NCBI GenBank assembly: GCA_964016885.1
Contig: OZ024760.1
Location: 8,308,001-8,372,000 of the forward strand
DNA: 64,000 nucleotides
Direction: 5' to 3'
Origin: Eledone cirrhosa
Taxonomy: Eukaryota
This document shows positions 14,244-27,200 of this stretch, in pieces. Within the stretch, counting starts at the first letter, position 1. Each line of letters opens with the position of its first letter. The position numbers and the translations under genes were made by a program. A model generated the notes under the pieces. That model was not told where the DNA came from, searched no databases, and worked only from the letters and a program-made list of their open reading frames with translations.

Positions 14244-14458
14244 TTAACCCTTTAGTATTTACATTACTCTATATTTACTATTGTATTTTCACAGTAAAGG
14301 CTTTATCTCACATAATATCAAATCTATGAGATTGTGATATTATTTATTTTGAGAACAATACATTAACATCAGTATAATTGGTGGGTTACAGCCAGTTTGA
14401 ACAGAAAGAGGTGAGAGAATTCTGGCCGGATGCAGCTGGTTTAAATGCTAAGGGTTAA
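14244..14458 (+). mobile_element. MITE family A copy
   Basis: TTAA TSD and TIRs. Confidence 0.85.
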
Positions 14459-14754
14459 ATGGAGACAACTATGTAATATGGTTGGAAACCCGAGACAATA
14501 TAGGGTTAAGAGGGCTATTTAGTCTGGCTAAACATATGGCCCCAGTGTTTGTGTATTAATAAAACATACACAGTACACCCTGTGAGGTGATTGGTGTTAG
14601 GAAAGGCATCCAGCTGTAGAAATCATGCCATATATATTATGTATGAGTGAGATGAGGTCTCACTGAACCATCTAGACTCAGAAGAACACGAGAACCTATG
14701 CCAGCAGTGAAGGCAGACAAAATAATAACAATGATGATGATGATGTAGGCCCCA

Positions 14755-15125
14755 GCCTGTTTCTTTTCAGAATGTATGACGTTTGTGTGCAAACTGTAAT
14801 GCTACATGGTAGTGAGACATGGACCCTGACTATAGAAGATTTGACAATCCTAGAAGGATGTGTAATGTTAGTTTGTATGAACAACATAACATATGCGAGC
14901 TGAGATAAAAACTCGGCATAAACGAAATTAGATGTAGTGTGCAAGAGAGAAGACTGAGGTATGTATGGAAGATGACAGCTGTATGAAGAAATGTCAAGAA
15001 ATCTCAGTGCCTATAACACAGAAAGTCATGAGATGAGGCAACGAAGACTGACCTTAAGAAACTAAACCTCACAACAGAGATGACAAAGAAGCACAATGAC
15101 TGGCAACATGCTGTGCTGGTGAAAA
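14755..15125 (+). mobile_element. Decayed RTE-clade LINE 3' fragment
   Basis: Translates to YDVCVQTVMLHGSETWTLT..DL..LE, an RTE RT C-terminal motif. Confidence 0.65.
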
Positions 15126-15289
15126 CCAGTCAGCTAATTCAGGTGGAAACTGAGGTAGATTAACCATCTCCTCCCTCTTTTGCTTGTAAAAATCTTCCAT
15201 GGGCTCATCATCGCCCAGGATAGTTTGATAATGAGACTTAACGATGGCACCCAACGTTCCTGGAACTTTTTGAACATTGTAGAACTACT

Positions 15290-15790
15290 GTAGATCTTTT
15301 ACATTCAAGGCCCAAGTCTTACTAACATGCAGCATCACAGGTCATACACACACATTATATAATCTACCTATCATCATCATCATCATCATCATCATTGTTT
15401 TTACGTCCACTATTCCATGCTTGCATGGGTATTCTGACAAAAACAACCTTCTTTGCCAGCTGAGGTAACATCGCCTCAACATTTTATCACTGTTCTTATC
15501 CTGGCTACAAAGATACACCAGCCTCTACTACTGATGAGGTCACCTAGATAGCATAAGCTATCAACTACTTCTAACATGACTTTGGAGTATACATAGTACG
15601 TTGCTTTGTATCTGTGCTTACTGTTAACTGCTAGAGTGCATCTACCAGAAAAGAAATCTATCTTCACAGTCTGCCCAAAGCTGTAGGTTACACTGGCAAC
15701 ATAAAATTGGTGCCTTCTCCTTTTCAGCATATCAAGCAGAGTTGTTTCTTTGACAGTACCAGTTATAGCTTCCTTCATACTCACATGGCC
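15290..15790 (-). mobile_element. Decayed RTE LINE RT fragment
   Basis: LEVVDSLCYLGDLISSRG motif. Confidence 0.6.
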
Positions 15791-15991
15791 ATTTATCATT
15801 CTAGGTTAGATCCAATTAACTATCAACTTAGTCTTTAATGTCTCATACAACCCATGCCAACATGAGAAAATGTATGTGAAATTATCATGATACACACACA
15901 CAATACATCTGCTATATATATATATAAATAATATTCTTTGCTTAAACTTTAATCTGTTATTTTAATAAATAAATATATATAGAACTGACTA

Positions 15992-16047
15992 ACTGCCTGA
16001 TGAGGTCATAGCCATTCAATGGCTATCATCGAAATATATATAGCAGT
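15992..16047 (+). ncRNA. Minimal type I hammerhead ribozyme motif (Penelope-type)
   Basis: ACTGC-CTGATGA-stem II (ATAGCCAT tca ATGGCTAT)-GAAA-TATATA-TA-GCAGT, followed by AATAAA. Confidence 0.8.
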
Positions 16048-16088
16048 AAATAAAGGATTATGAGTTTATGCAATTGACTTATGTTTCG

Positions 16089-16188
<100 letters not shown>

Positions 16189-16409
16189 CACACATATGTA
16201 TATGTGTGTGTAGCTGAAACAGTTCTGAAATATCAAGGGAAAGAGTGAAGGGAATTGCTGAAAATAATGACAAAATAAATTTTAAAAAAAATAAAATAGT
16301 TAAACAGGAAAAGGAAACTATACAAAGTATTTAAATAAAACAGAAAATACAAGGAATTATTTCCATAGCAACAACAATCAGAACAATACTTCATAAACTC
16401 ACCATAGAC

Positions 16410-16590
16410 TGTCACCAACCTATATTAGACAATCCCTAGTCTATGTCACCAACCTATATTAGACAATCCATAGTCTATGTCACCAACCTATACTAGACCA
16501 TCCCTAGTCTATGTCACCAATCTATATTAGACAATCCCTAATCTATGTCACCAACCTATATTAGACAATCCCTAGTCTATGTCACCAATT
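16410..16590. repeat. 41-bp tandem repeat
   Basis: gtcaccaacctatattagacaatccctagtctat-like units. Confidence 0.85.
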
Positions 16591-17289
16591 CAGCTTAGAC
16601 AGGGCTCTCAGGCACATGGCCTTGCAACATAGTTTTCTCTGGCCTGAAGCAAAACGATTTCCTTGATTTATAATGGAAAATATGAACATGAAAATCTATC
16701 CCCCTACATTTTGTATTTATTCATATCTCCCACTCCGGGGTCAACTTTGCCTTTCATCCATTTGATTTCAATAAAAAAAAAAAAAAAAGTACCAGTCAAG
16801 TATTGGGGTTGATTCTTCCTCTATATCTCTTTCTCACTCTCTCTCTCCTTCTCTGGAAGAAATCTGCTGAATTCAGGCCCGGAGAGGAGATGGGCCCCAC
16901 TAGGTTTTAAAAATGCCCTAGAAACGCTGTATGTCAATACGGGGTCCTTACGACTCCTCGAGAATTACGGGTCCATACCATACTATATATATCCCACTAT
17001 TACATGTGTATTTATTTGATGAAAAATCAGCTGTATTGCAGATTAGCTTTATAACTGATGAAAATCACGCCCACCCATCTCATCTCACATTTGGCCTGCT
17101 GTGTCACTCCCCCAGGATGTAATGGCCCTTTTGAGTCTTTGGTCATCCCTAATCCTAGAGACAGTGTGTCTGATAATAAGTCACTTGGATCAGAACCAAC
17201 CTAGGGTTATCTACAACACTAACCATTACACTGTACATTAAATAATGTAGTTCTAGATACACTATGACACAAACAACAAAGATACTAAC

Positions 17290-17417
17290 CTCCCTCATTA
17301 GTCCTGGCTATGGCCAGTTTGCTATATGGCCCTTTTTCATTTCCTGAATGAGAACGGATAGAGAACTGGTACTCCGTGTACGGCTGTAGTTGTTTGATGA
17401 CAACAGTTGTCAAGTTC
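17290..17417 (-). CDS. PRTG: PRTG-like exon, FN3-4 C-part ([42 protein letters not shown])
   Basis: Acceptor tatattccag, donor AG|gttagt, 128 nt, phase 2 to 1; LQPYTEY...GPYS motif; not in the ORF track. Confidence 0.92.
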
Positions 17418-18696
17418 CTGGAATATAAAAAAAAGAGGGTAAAAAATAGCTGGAGTAGAGAGATTAGACTAGCTAACGTAAAGTTAACCCTTTCATTACC
17501 ATATTTCTAATGTAAGACACTGTCTATGTCATTAACCCTTTCATTACCATATTTCTAATGAAAGTCACTGTCTATGTCATTAACCCTTTCCTTACCATAT
17601 TTCTAATGAAAGACACAGTCTATGTCTTTAACCCTTTCATTACCATATTTCTAATGAAAAACACTGTCTATGTTATTAACCCTTTCATTACCATATTTCT
17701 AATGAAAGACACTGTCTATGTCATTAACCCTTTCATTACCATATTTCTAATGAAAGACACTACCTATGTCATTAACCCTTTCATTACCATATTTCTAATG
17801 AAAGTCACTGTCTATGTCATTAACCCTGTCATTACCATATTTCTAATATAAGACAGTCTATGTCTTTAACCCTGTCATTACCATATTTCTAATGAAAGTC
17901 ACTGTCTATGTCATTAACCCTTTCATTACCATATTTCTAATGAAAGACAGTCTATGTCTTTGACCCTGTCATTACCATATTCAAAATAGGGAGCATACAG
18001 GACAAAGACAATGGAAAAAAACAATGAAAAGATGGACAGTCCCATCTACTTGATCAACCTCTGGAAATCACTACGGTTTCAGTGCATTATGGTCAAAACC
18101 GTTCATTCCTGTGCACATTAAGACACACACATACACATTTTATATATATATATAAAGTCTAAAGGCCGTCTCAAGCCCGGAGGCTCATTAGGCTGGTGCT
18201 TTTTCTATGGAGACTGAGAGTGCAAAACTTCCCCCTGGACAGGACGCCAGTCCATCGCAGGGTTAAACTCCCAGCTATTGCTGCTACTCATTTTCAGTTG
18301 AGTATACTGGGGCAACATGAAATGAAGTGTTTTGCACAAGAACACAACACACAACCCAGTCCAGGAATTGAACCCACAACATTATGTTCATAAGCCCAAC
18401 ACCCTTACCACTAGGCCACATTCTTCCATATATATTTAATTACATAATAAACAACACAATATAATTATTCCATTACCAAAGGTTTCAAGAGATTAGGCAA
18501 TCCTTACAGAAACATTCAGCTCGATCTGATGAACGAGCTGGACATTTCTGTAAAGATCGTCTAGTTTCCTGAAACCTTTGGTAATGGAATAATTATATTG
18601 TGTTGTTTATTACATAATTAAATAGCTCCGTACTATATATAGAGCACTCTTCTTTCCTTTACCTTTTCTACAGAAATACTTAATACACACACACGG

Positions 18697-18727
<31 letters not shown>

Positions 18728-20690
18728 AAAAGTGCAGGGCAATAAAGATAGACGGTAGCCATGGAGTAGGCAGACCCAGAAAAACCTGGGACGACCTGAT
18801 AAATTCCGACCTCACACACTTACACCTCTCCAAGACAATGTCTTGGAGAGGTGTAAGTGTGATCTTTGGCGCTACACAGTAATAGAGAAAACCCGCCTTA
18901 CCTAAGTGCAAAGTGAAACCTACTACAGTCAGTAGGCACCTCTAACAAAATACACCCCCGTCCCACTACCCCCACCCCATCCACACCACCCCTTTCAATG
19001 TAAAGTTATGTTGGTACCACAACATCCAGGCCGAAACAAATGAAGTCGTGTAGGTGTCACGAACAAAAAAACACACAGTCCACGCTGTAATGTGGCCGTG
19101 TAGGTAACACGGTAAAAAACCTCCCAGTCCACACTGTAAACGTGGTTGGTGTTAGGAAGGGCATCCAGCCGTAGAAAACCCGCCAGACGGTCCAATGCGA
19201 GCAAGACAACCACTCTTGCCTCAAGTGGGAAAACTCCCGTCCAAACCCATGCGAGCGTGGAATATGGACGTTAAACGATGATGATGATGATGATGATGAT
19301 ATATATAGTGAAAGATTGAAGAATAACATGGTCGGCTGTACAAAAATGGGTTTTATTTCTAGTATTAACAATTGTTTTATTGATCAGGTGAGTCTAAAGG
19401 CCGCTAATCACTCGACGTTGCGTCACTTGACCTTAAATGCAGTGTCTACCTCTGATCAAATCATCGGAATACTCATATACTATATATATATATATATGAA
19501 AAAAAAGGAAAATAATGACTTCACACTTGTAGTGTTAAAAAATTTTTGATTTAATATTATAATATTATGAGTTGGTAGAAAGGGCGGTGGGTTGGCAGTA
19601 TCGGTAGAGGGTCGGACGCCATGCTTTCCAGCATAGTTACGTCCCTTTACGATCTGAGTTCAAATCCCGCCGAGGTTGACTTTGCCTTTCATCCTTATGG
19701 GGGTCGATAAAATAAAGTACCAGTAATGAACTGGGTATTTGATGGCCTTGTGCCTAAAGTAGAGACAATTATGAGTTGGTAGATCCAACTCATAATAATA
19801 TTATATTATAACCTTTCATCCTTACGGGGTCGATAAAATAAAGTACCAGTAATGTACTGGGTTTTTGCTGGCCTTGTGCCAATAGTAGAAACAATTATAA
19901 TATTATAACATTAAATCAAACATTTTTTAACACTACAAGAGTGAAGTCATTCTTTTCCTTTTTTTCAAATATACCTAACTGTACCAAGGATCTCACACAT
20001 TTTCCAATATATATATATATATATATATATATTTTTAGGAACGATCGACTTTCGTCAAATCGGACCGAGGAAACAATGTTTCCGTTGGTCTTTCCAATTG
20101 CTAATACTATCTATCGGTCGCAACTCCAGGTAGAAGGAGCGATGTGAAATAAAGTGTCTTGCTCAAGGACATAACGCATCGCCTGGTCCAGGAATTGAAC
20201 TCACAACCTCACGATTGCGTATCCAATTCTTTAACCACTCAGCCACGCGCCTTCACGCCTATGGGTTGAATCGGAGGTAACCACAGTAAGTAAGGTACTC
20301 AATACATTGCAGAGTATAAAAGTTTTAATATATATGAGATTCTACAGGACTAGAACTGTTTCATTCTTTAGAAATCATCAGGAATCCTTGATGAGATTCC
20401 TGATGATTTCTAAAGAATGAAACAGTTCTAGTCCTGTAGAATCTCATCTATATTAAAACTATATATATATATATATATGGAATAGAATGAAACGAAATTT
20501 CATTCCTCACTCTTAGTACGGCACTTACTTACATCGTTCCTGTGTCAGTGTTGAACAAAAAGGTGACGTGGTTGCCTGAACACTGTACGGCGTAAATCAG
20601 GCTGTCCGTTTGTTTACAAACGAACAAAGCGAACATTATAATAAATGTTCGGTAAACTGATACGTGCATATATATATGTGTGCCTGTATG

Positions 20691-20721
<31 letters not shown>

Positions 20722-20874
20722 AGATCAAAAGATGGTTAGAGGAGTTCCATGTATTTTATTATGCGCATTTCAAAAACAAACATCATCATGCAATAATATT
20801 TGTGTTTTCATCAGATAAAACAGGGAACATGATATGAAGGCTAAAGAACACTTGTGGATAGTGCAGTTTTAAAT

Positions 20875-20928
<54 letters not shown>

Positions 20929-21160
20929 AGATCAAAAGATGGTTAAAGGAGTTCCATGTATTTTATTATGCGCATTTCAAAAACAAACATCATCATGCAA
21001 TAATATTTGTGTTTTCATCAGATAAAACAGGAGAACATGATATGGAGGCTAACCATCTTTTGATCTTATATTATGCATACTCCAGTCCTACAAACTGTAG
21101 AGTGCTTCTTATACGATATCTGCATTGCTTTATTGTACTACAATAAAACTCACCTCCTAC

Positions 21161-21202
<42 letters not shown>

Positions 21203-24200
21203 TGCTACTGTACGTCTGTATACATATATGTATGTACGTATACATACATACTTACATTTATATATATATATATATATATCCAAAAAGTCATGTGTAATCC
21301 AGAACTGGAGCAGTAACCTAGCAACCTATAGCACAGGTACTCAAAGAGGAAAACAACAAGTCTTTCACTTACGTTTCAAAAGTATTTTCATTGCCGCCAT
21401 TGGTGGAAGATATTGGACTCCATCTAACAGTGTAGGTAATGTTAGCTGTACTTGATACTGGCCTGTCCCATGTTAGATTCACAGCAAATGCTGAAATAGG
21501 TCTGGCAATGACCATTAATGGGGCCTGTGGCACATTAGCCTGGGTGCTGGTATGGAAAACTCTGGTCATCTGGATTGATGCTGCCTCTTTGCTTGATGCA
21601 CTGACTGACACCTGGTAATAAGTGTTGTTTTCTGGAACACAAGATAGAGTACTCAGGTGAGTTGGTTGGTTGGTTGGTTGGTTGGTTGGTTGGTAGTTTA
21701 TTGGGGAAAGGGTTAGTGGCGAAGGACAAACAGAGGACCGACTGACCATCTGGGAAGGAGGGAGGGGGGGGGGTGAAGGACCAAACAGGAGACTGACTGA
21801 CCATCTGGGAAGGAGGGAGGGGGAGGTGAAGGACCAAACAGGAGACTGACTGACCAGCTGGGAAGGCAGGGGGAGGGGTGAAGGACCAAACAGAGGACTG
21901 ACTGACCAGCTGGGAGGGGGGGGGGGGGTGAAGGACCAAACAGGAGACTGACTGACCAGCTGGGAAGGCAGGGGGAGGGGTGAAGGACCAAACAGGAGAC
22001 TGACTGACCAGCTGGGAAGGCAGGGGGAGGGGTGAAGGACCAAACAGGAGACTGACTGACCAGCTGGGAAGGCAGGGGGAGGGGTGAAGGACCAAACAGG
22101 GGACTGACTGACCAGCTGGGAAGGCAGGAGGAGGGGTGAAGGACCAAACAGGGGACTGACTGACCAGCTGGGAAGGCAGGGGGAGGGGTGAAGGACCAAA
22201 CAGAGGACTGACTGACCAGCTGGGAGGGAGGGGGGGGGTGAAGGACCAAACAGGAGACTGACTGACCAGCTGGGAAGGCAGGGGGAGGGGTGAAGGACCA
22301 AACAGAGGACTGACTGACCAGCTGGGAGGGAGGGGGGGGGGGGGGTGAAGGACCAAACAGGAGACTGACTGACCAGCTGGGAAGGCAGGGGGAGGGGTGA
22401 AGGACCAAACAGAGGACTGACTGACCAGCTGGGGGAGGGGGGGGGGGGGGGGGGGGTGAAGGACCAAACAGGAGACTGACTGACCAGCTGGGAAGGCAGG
22501 GGGAGGGGTGAAGGACCAAACAGGAGACTGACTGACCAGCTGGGAAGGCAGGGGGAGGGGTGAAGGACCAAACAGGAGACTGACTGACCAGCTGGGAAGG
22601 CAGGAGGAGGGGTGAAGGACCAAACAGGGGACTGACTGACCAGCTGGGAAGGCAGGGGGAGGGGTGAAGGACCAAACAGAGGACTGACTGACCAGCTGGG
22701 AGGGAGGGGGGGTGAAGGACCAAACAGGAGACTGACTGACCAGCTGGGAAGGCAGGGGGAGGGGTGAAGGACCAAACAGAGGACTGACTGACCAGCTGGG
22801 AGGGAGGGGGGGGGGGTGAAGGACCAAACAGGAGACTGACTGACCAGCTGGGAAGGCAGGGGGAGGGGTGAAGGACCAAACAGGGGACTGACTGACCAGC
22901 TGGGAAGGCAGGAGGAGGGGTGAAGGACCAAACAGGGGACTGACTGACCAGCTGGGAAGGCAGGGGGAGGGGTGAAGGACCAAACAGAGGACTGACTGAC
23001 CAGCTGGGAGGGAGGGGGGGGTGAAGGACCAAACATGAGACTGACTGACCAGCTGGGAAGGCAGGGGGAGGGGTGAAGGACCAAACAGAGGACTGACTGA
23101 CCAGCTGGGAGGGAGGGGGGGGGGGGTGAAGGACCAAACAGGAGACTGACTGACCAGCTGGGAAGGCAGGGGGAGGGGTGAAGGACCAAACAGGGGACTG
23201 ACTGACCAGCTGGGAAGGCAGGAGGAGGGGTGAAGGACCAAACAGGGGACTGACTGACCAGCTGGGAAGGCAGGGGGAGGGGTGAAGGACCAAACAGAGG
23301 ACTGACTGACCAGCTGGGAGGGAGGGGGGGGTGAAGGACCAAACAGGAGACTGACTGACCAGCTGGGAAGGCAGGGGGAGGGGTGAAGGACCAAACAGAG
23401 GACTGACTGACCAGCTGGGAGGGAGGGGGGGGGGGGTGAAGGACCAAACAGGAGACTGACTGACCAGCTGGGAAGGCAGGGGGAGGGGTGAAGGACCAAA
23501 CAGGGGACTGACTGACCAGCTGGGAAGGCAGGAGGAGGGGTGAAGGACCAAACAGGGGACTGACTGACCAGCTGGGAAGGCAGGGGGAGGGGTGAAGGAC
23601 CAAACAGAGGACTGACTGACCAGCTGGGAGGGAGGGGGGGGGGGGGGGGTGAAGGACCAAACAGGAGACTGACTGACCAGCTGGGAAGGCAGGGGGAGGG
23701 GTGAAGGACCAAACAGAGGACTGACTGACCAGCTGGGAGGGGGGGGGGGTGAAGGACCAAACAGGAGACTGACTGACCAGCTGGGAAGGCAGGGGGAGGG
23801 GTGAAGGACCAAACAGGGGACTGACTGACCAGCTGGGAAGGCAGGAGGAGGGGTGAAGGACCAAACAGGGGACTGACTGACCAGCTGGGAAGGCAGGGGG
23901 AGGGGTGAAGGACCAAACAGAGGACTGACTGACCAGCTGGGAGGGAGGGGGGGTGAAGGACCAAACAGGAGACTGACTGACCAGCTGGGAAGGCAGGGGG
24001 AGGGGTGAAGGACCAAACAGAGGACTGACTGACCAGCTGGGAGGGAGGGGGGGGGGGGGGGGTGAAGGACCAAACAGGAGACTGACTGACCAGCTGGGAA
24101 GGCAGGGGGAGGGGTGAAGGACCAAACAGGGGACTGACTGACCAGCTGGGAAGGCAGGAGGAGGGGTGAAGGACCAAACAGGGGACTGACTGACCAGCTG

Positions 24201-27200
24201 GGAAGGCAGGGGGAGGGGTGAAGGACCAAACAGAGGACTGACTGACCAGCTGGGAGGGAGGGGGGGGGTGAAGGACCAAACAGGAGACTGACTGACCAGC
24301 TGGGAAGGCAGGGGGAGGGGTGAAGGACCAAACAGAGGACTGACTGACCAGCTGGGAGGGAGGGGGGGGGTGAAGGACCAAACAGGAGACTGACTGACCA
24401 GCTGGGAAGGCAGGGGGAGGGGTGAAGGACCAAACAGAGGACTGACTGACCAGCTGGGGGGAGGGGGGGGGGGGGGGGGGGTGAAGGACCAAACAGGAGA
24501 CTGACTGACCAGCTGGGAAGGCAGGGGGAGGGGTGAAGGACCAAACAGGAGACTGACTGACCAGCTGGGAAGGCAGGGGGAGGGGTGAAGGACCAAACAG
24601 GAGACTGACTGACCAGCTGGGAAGGCAGGGGGAGGGGTGAAGGACCAAACAGGGGACTGACTGACCAGCTGGGAAGGCAGGAGGAGGGGTGAAGGACCAA
24701 ACAGGGGACTGACTGACCAGCTGGGAAGGCAGGGGGAGGGGTGAAGGACCAAACAGAGGACTGACTGACCAGCTGGGAGGGAGGGGGGGGTGAAGGACCA
24801 AACAGGAGACTGACTGACCAGCTGGGAAGGCAGGGGGAGGGGTGAAGGACCAAACAGGAGACTGACTGAGCAGCTGGGAAGGGGGGTGGGACCAAACAGG
24901 AGACTGATTGACCAGCTGGGAAGTCAGGGGGAGGGGTGAAGGACCAAACAGAGGACTGACTGACCAGCTGGGAAGGCAGGGGGAGGGGTGAAGGACCAAA
25001 CAGAGGACTGACTGACCAGCTGGGAAGGGGTGGTAGTGGTGAAGGATCAAGTAGAGGACTGACTGGCCATCTGAGTGTAATGGATGTATAGTTTACTGGG
25101 GGGTGGGGGGGTGAAGTATTTAACAGAGGACTGGCTGACCACCTGGGGAAGGGGTGGTGGTGAAAGATCAAGTAGAGGACTGACTGACCAGCTGAGTGTA
25201 ATGGATGTATAGTTTACTGGAGGGGGGGGACAAGACTGGCTGAATGGGAAGGGGGTGGGAGTGGAGGTGAAGGACCTAACGGGGGGGACTGACTGACCAG
25301 CTAGATCCAACAGATGTATATGTTACACCCTGTAATAAGTTAGCAGAAAATATCTAAAAAGATGTTTGTTCATTCAAATGTTTATAGAATGTTTACTAGT
25401 CAACAGATTTGTGGAAATTAGTAGTATTGGAGTAAAGTATATAATAGTATTAGTAGTAAAGACTTTACAGTTTAACATAATACAGTAATAATGGAAGAAT
25501 GTCTTGCTAATGTGGCTTTATGTGGAACAGGACATATGATTATTTCTTAACCTTTAGAACACTGAATTTTTTAATGAATTACTTCCCTTGGCACCGTATT
25601 ATGTATTAAGGGGAGATTACTCTATTGGTGATATAAGGCGCCTAGAGCGTGCTGAAGATTAAGGAGAGAGAGTTACAGAGGTAGGTTTCTACAGTTCAGT
25701 TCGAACCACTTTAAAGAATGCACTGAGTGCATTTTATTGTGGTACCAGCACTAGAGAGGTTGTCTAGTCTTGTCTTGGCCCTATATTATTATTACTGGCT
25801 GAGTGCCCCACCCCACTCCATGGAGTTGAGTGACTGCAGATGTGAGACCAAGGAGTTTAAGAGATGTCAACATGAATGGACCTGTTATTTTTATCTAAAG
25901 ACATTTTTTCCAATTCCATCCCACCCGTCCCCTCAATCTATTTTATTTCTCATTCTTTCTTCTGATGAAGGACTAGCGTCCGAAACGTTAAGACCCTCTT
26001 CCTGCTATATCAAGCGTTAACCTAATATATACCTTCCATATACTGTACTGATTGTGTTGTTATTTCTGTTTACCTTTTACATACAAATCAGGAAAGATAT
26101 CCAAGGTATAGATAGAGCAACTCTAATCCGTAAGACAAGTTTTAAAGCCAATTACTACAATGGCGTCATACCTGGGACATATGTCCCGTTGGGCCGGAGG
26201 GCCAGCCTGTGCCAATGGGAATACACCAGAAAATGTTTACTCAAAAAGAAAATAATAAAAACAAGGAGAGCTCCAACAAGGAGAGGCAATTAGACAGGGT
26301 TAATGTTAACGCACGGGGAAATAACTTAAGTTATTAAAGGGGGCTACAAAATAAAATAAATTCAAATGTAATTTTTTGGGGGAAAGCTACAAGTCAATAT
26401 GAGAGAGAGAGAGAGAGAGAACACAACATAATTTCATACAAAGATAAATGAACAAAAAATTTAAGGGGGAAATGTAAAATAAAACCAAAAATTAGAAAGA
26501 AAAAAAAAACAAGAAAATTTTTTTTATAAAAACAAATAAGTGACAACAACAACAACATAGTGTAACAACAAAAACAACAAGATGGGTATGATGAGAACAA
26601 CAAAATAGGTGTGTGACAACGACAGGATAGGTGTGACAACATAGGTGTGACAACAACAACAGGTAGGTGTGACAACAACAAGAGGTATGACAACAAGATT
26701 GGTGTGACAACAACCACAGGATAGGTATGACAACAACAATAGGATAGGTGTGACAACAAGATAGGTGTGACAACAAGAACAAGATAGGTGTGACAACAAC
26801 AAGATAGATGTGACAACAACAAGATAGGTGTGACAACAACAATGACAACAACAACAAACATCAACCAGATTCTAGTAATGGCTGTCCTAGTTTTTCAGTC
26901 ACCAGCAGAACAGCAGTGAATTTAACATTTAAGTATTCCATGTACTCCTAACATAATTCTCAGGGAGATTCAGTATATGACAAAGTTGGCCCCTAACTGG
27001 CACAGTTTATCAAGTGAGCTTCAAGTTTGCTCTCAATCCATTTTACTGAACCCTGCAGTGTGACCTGACCTAGCACTCTGTTGACACAGGCAATGTTATC
27101 CCTCTGGACCTAGCACTCTGTTGACACAGGCAATGTTATCCCTCTGGACCTAGCACTCTGTTGACACAGGCAATGTTATCCCTCTGGACCTAGCACTCTG

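Noticed and set aside
21535-25171. Three 1100+ aa Pro/Ser-rich ORFs
   Set aside because: Stop-free read-through of the 52-bp satellite in all three frames; only 21373-21631 is a real exon
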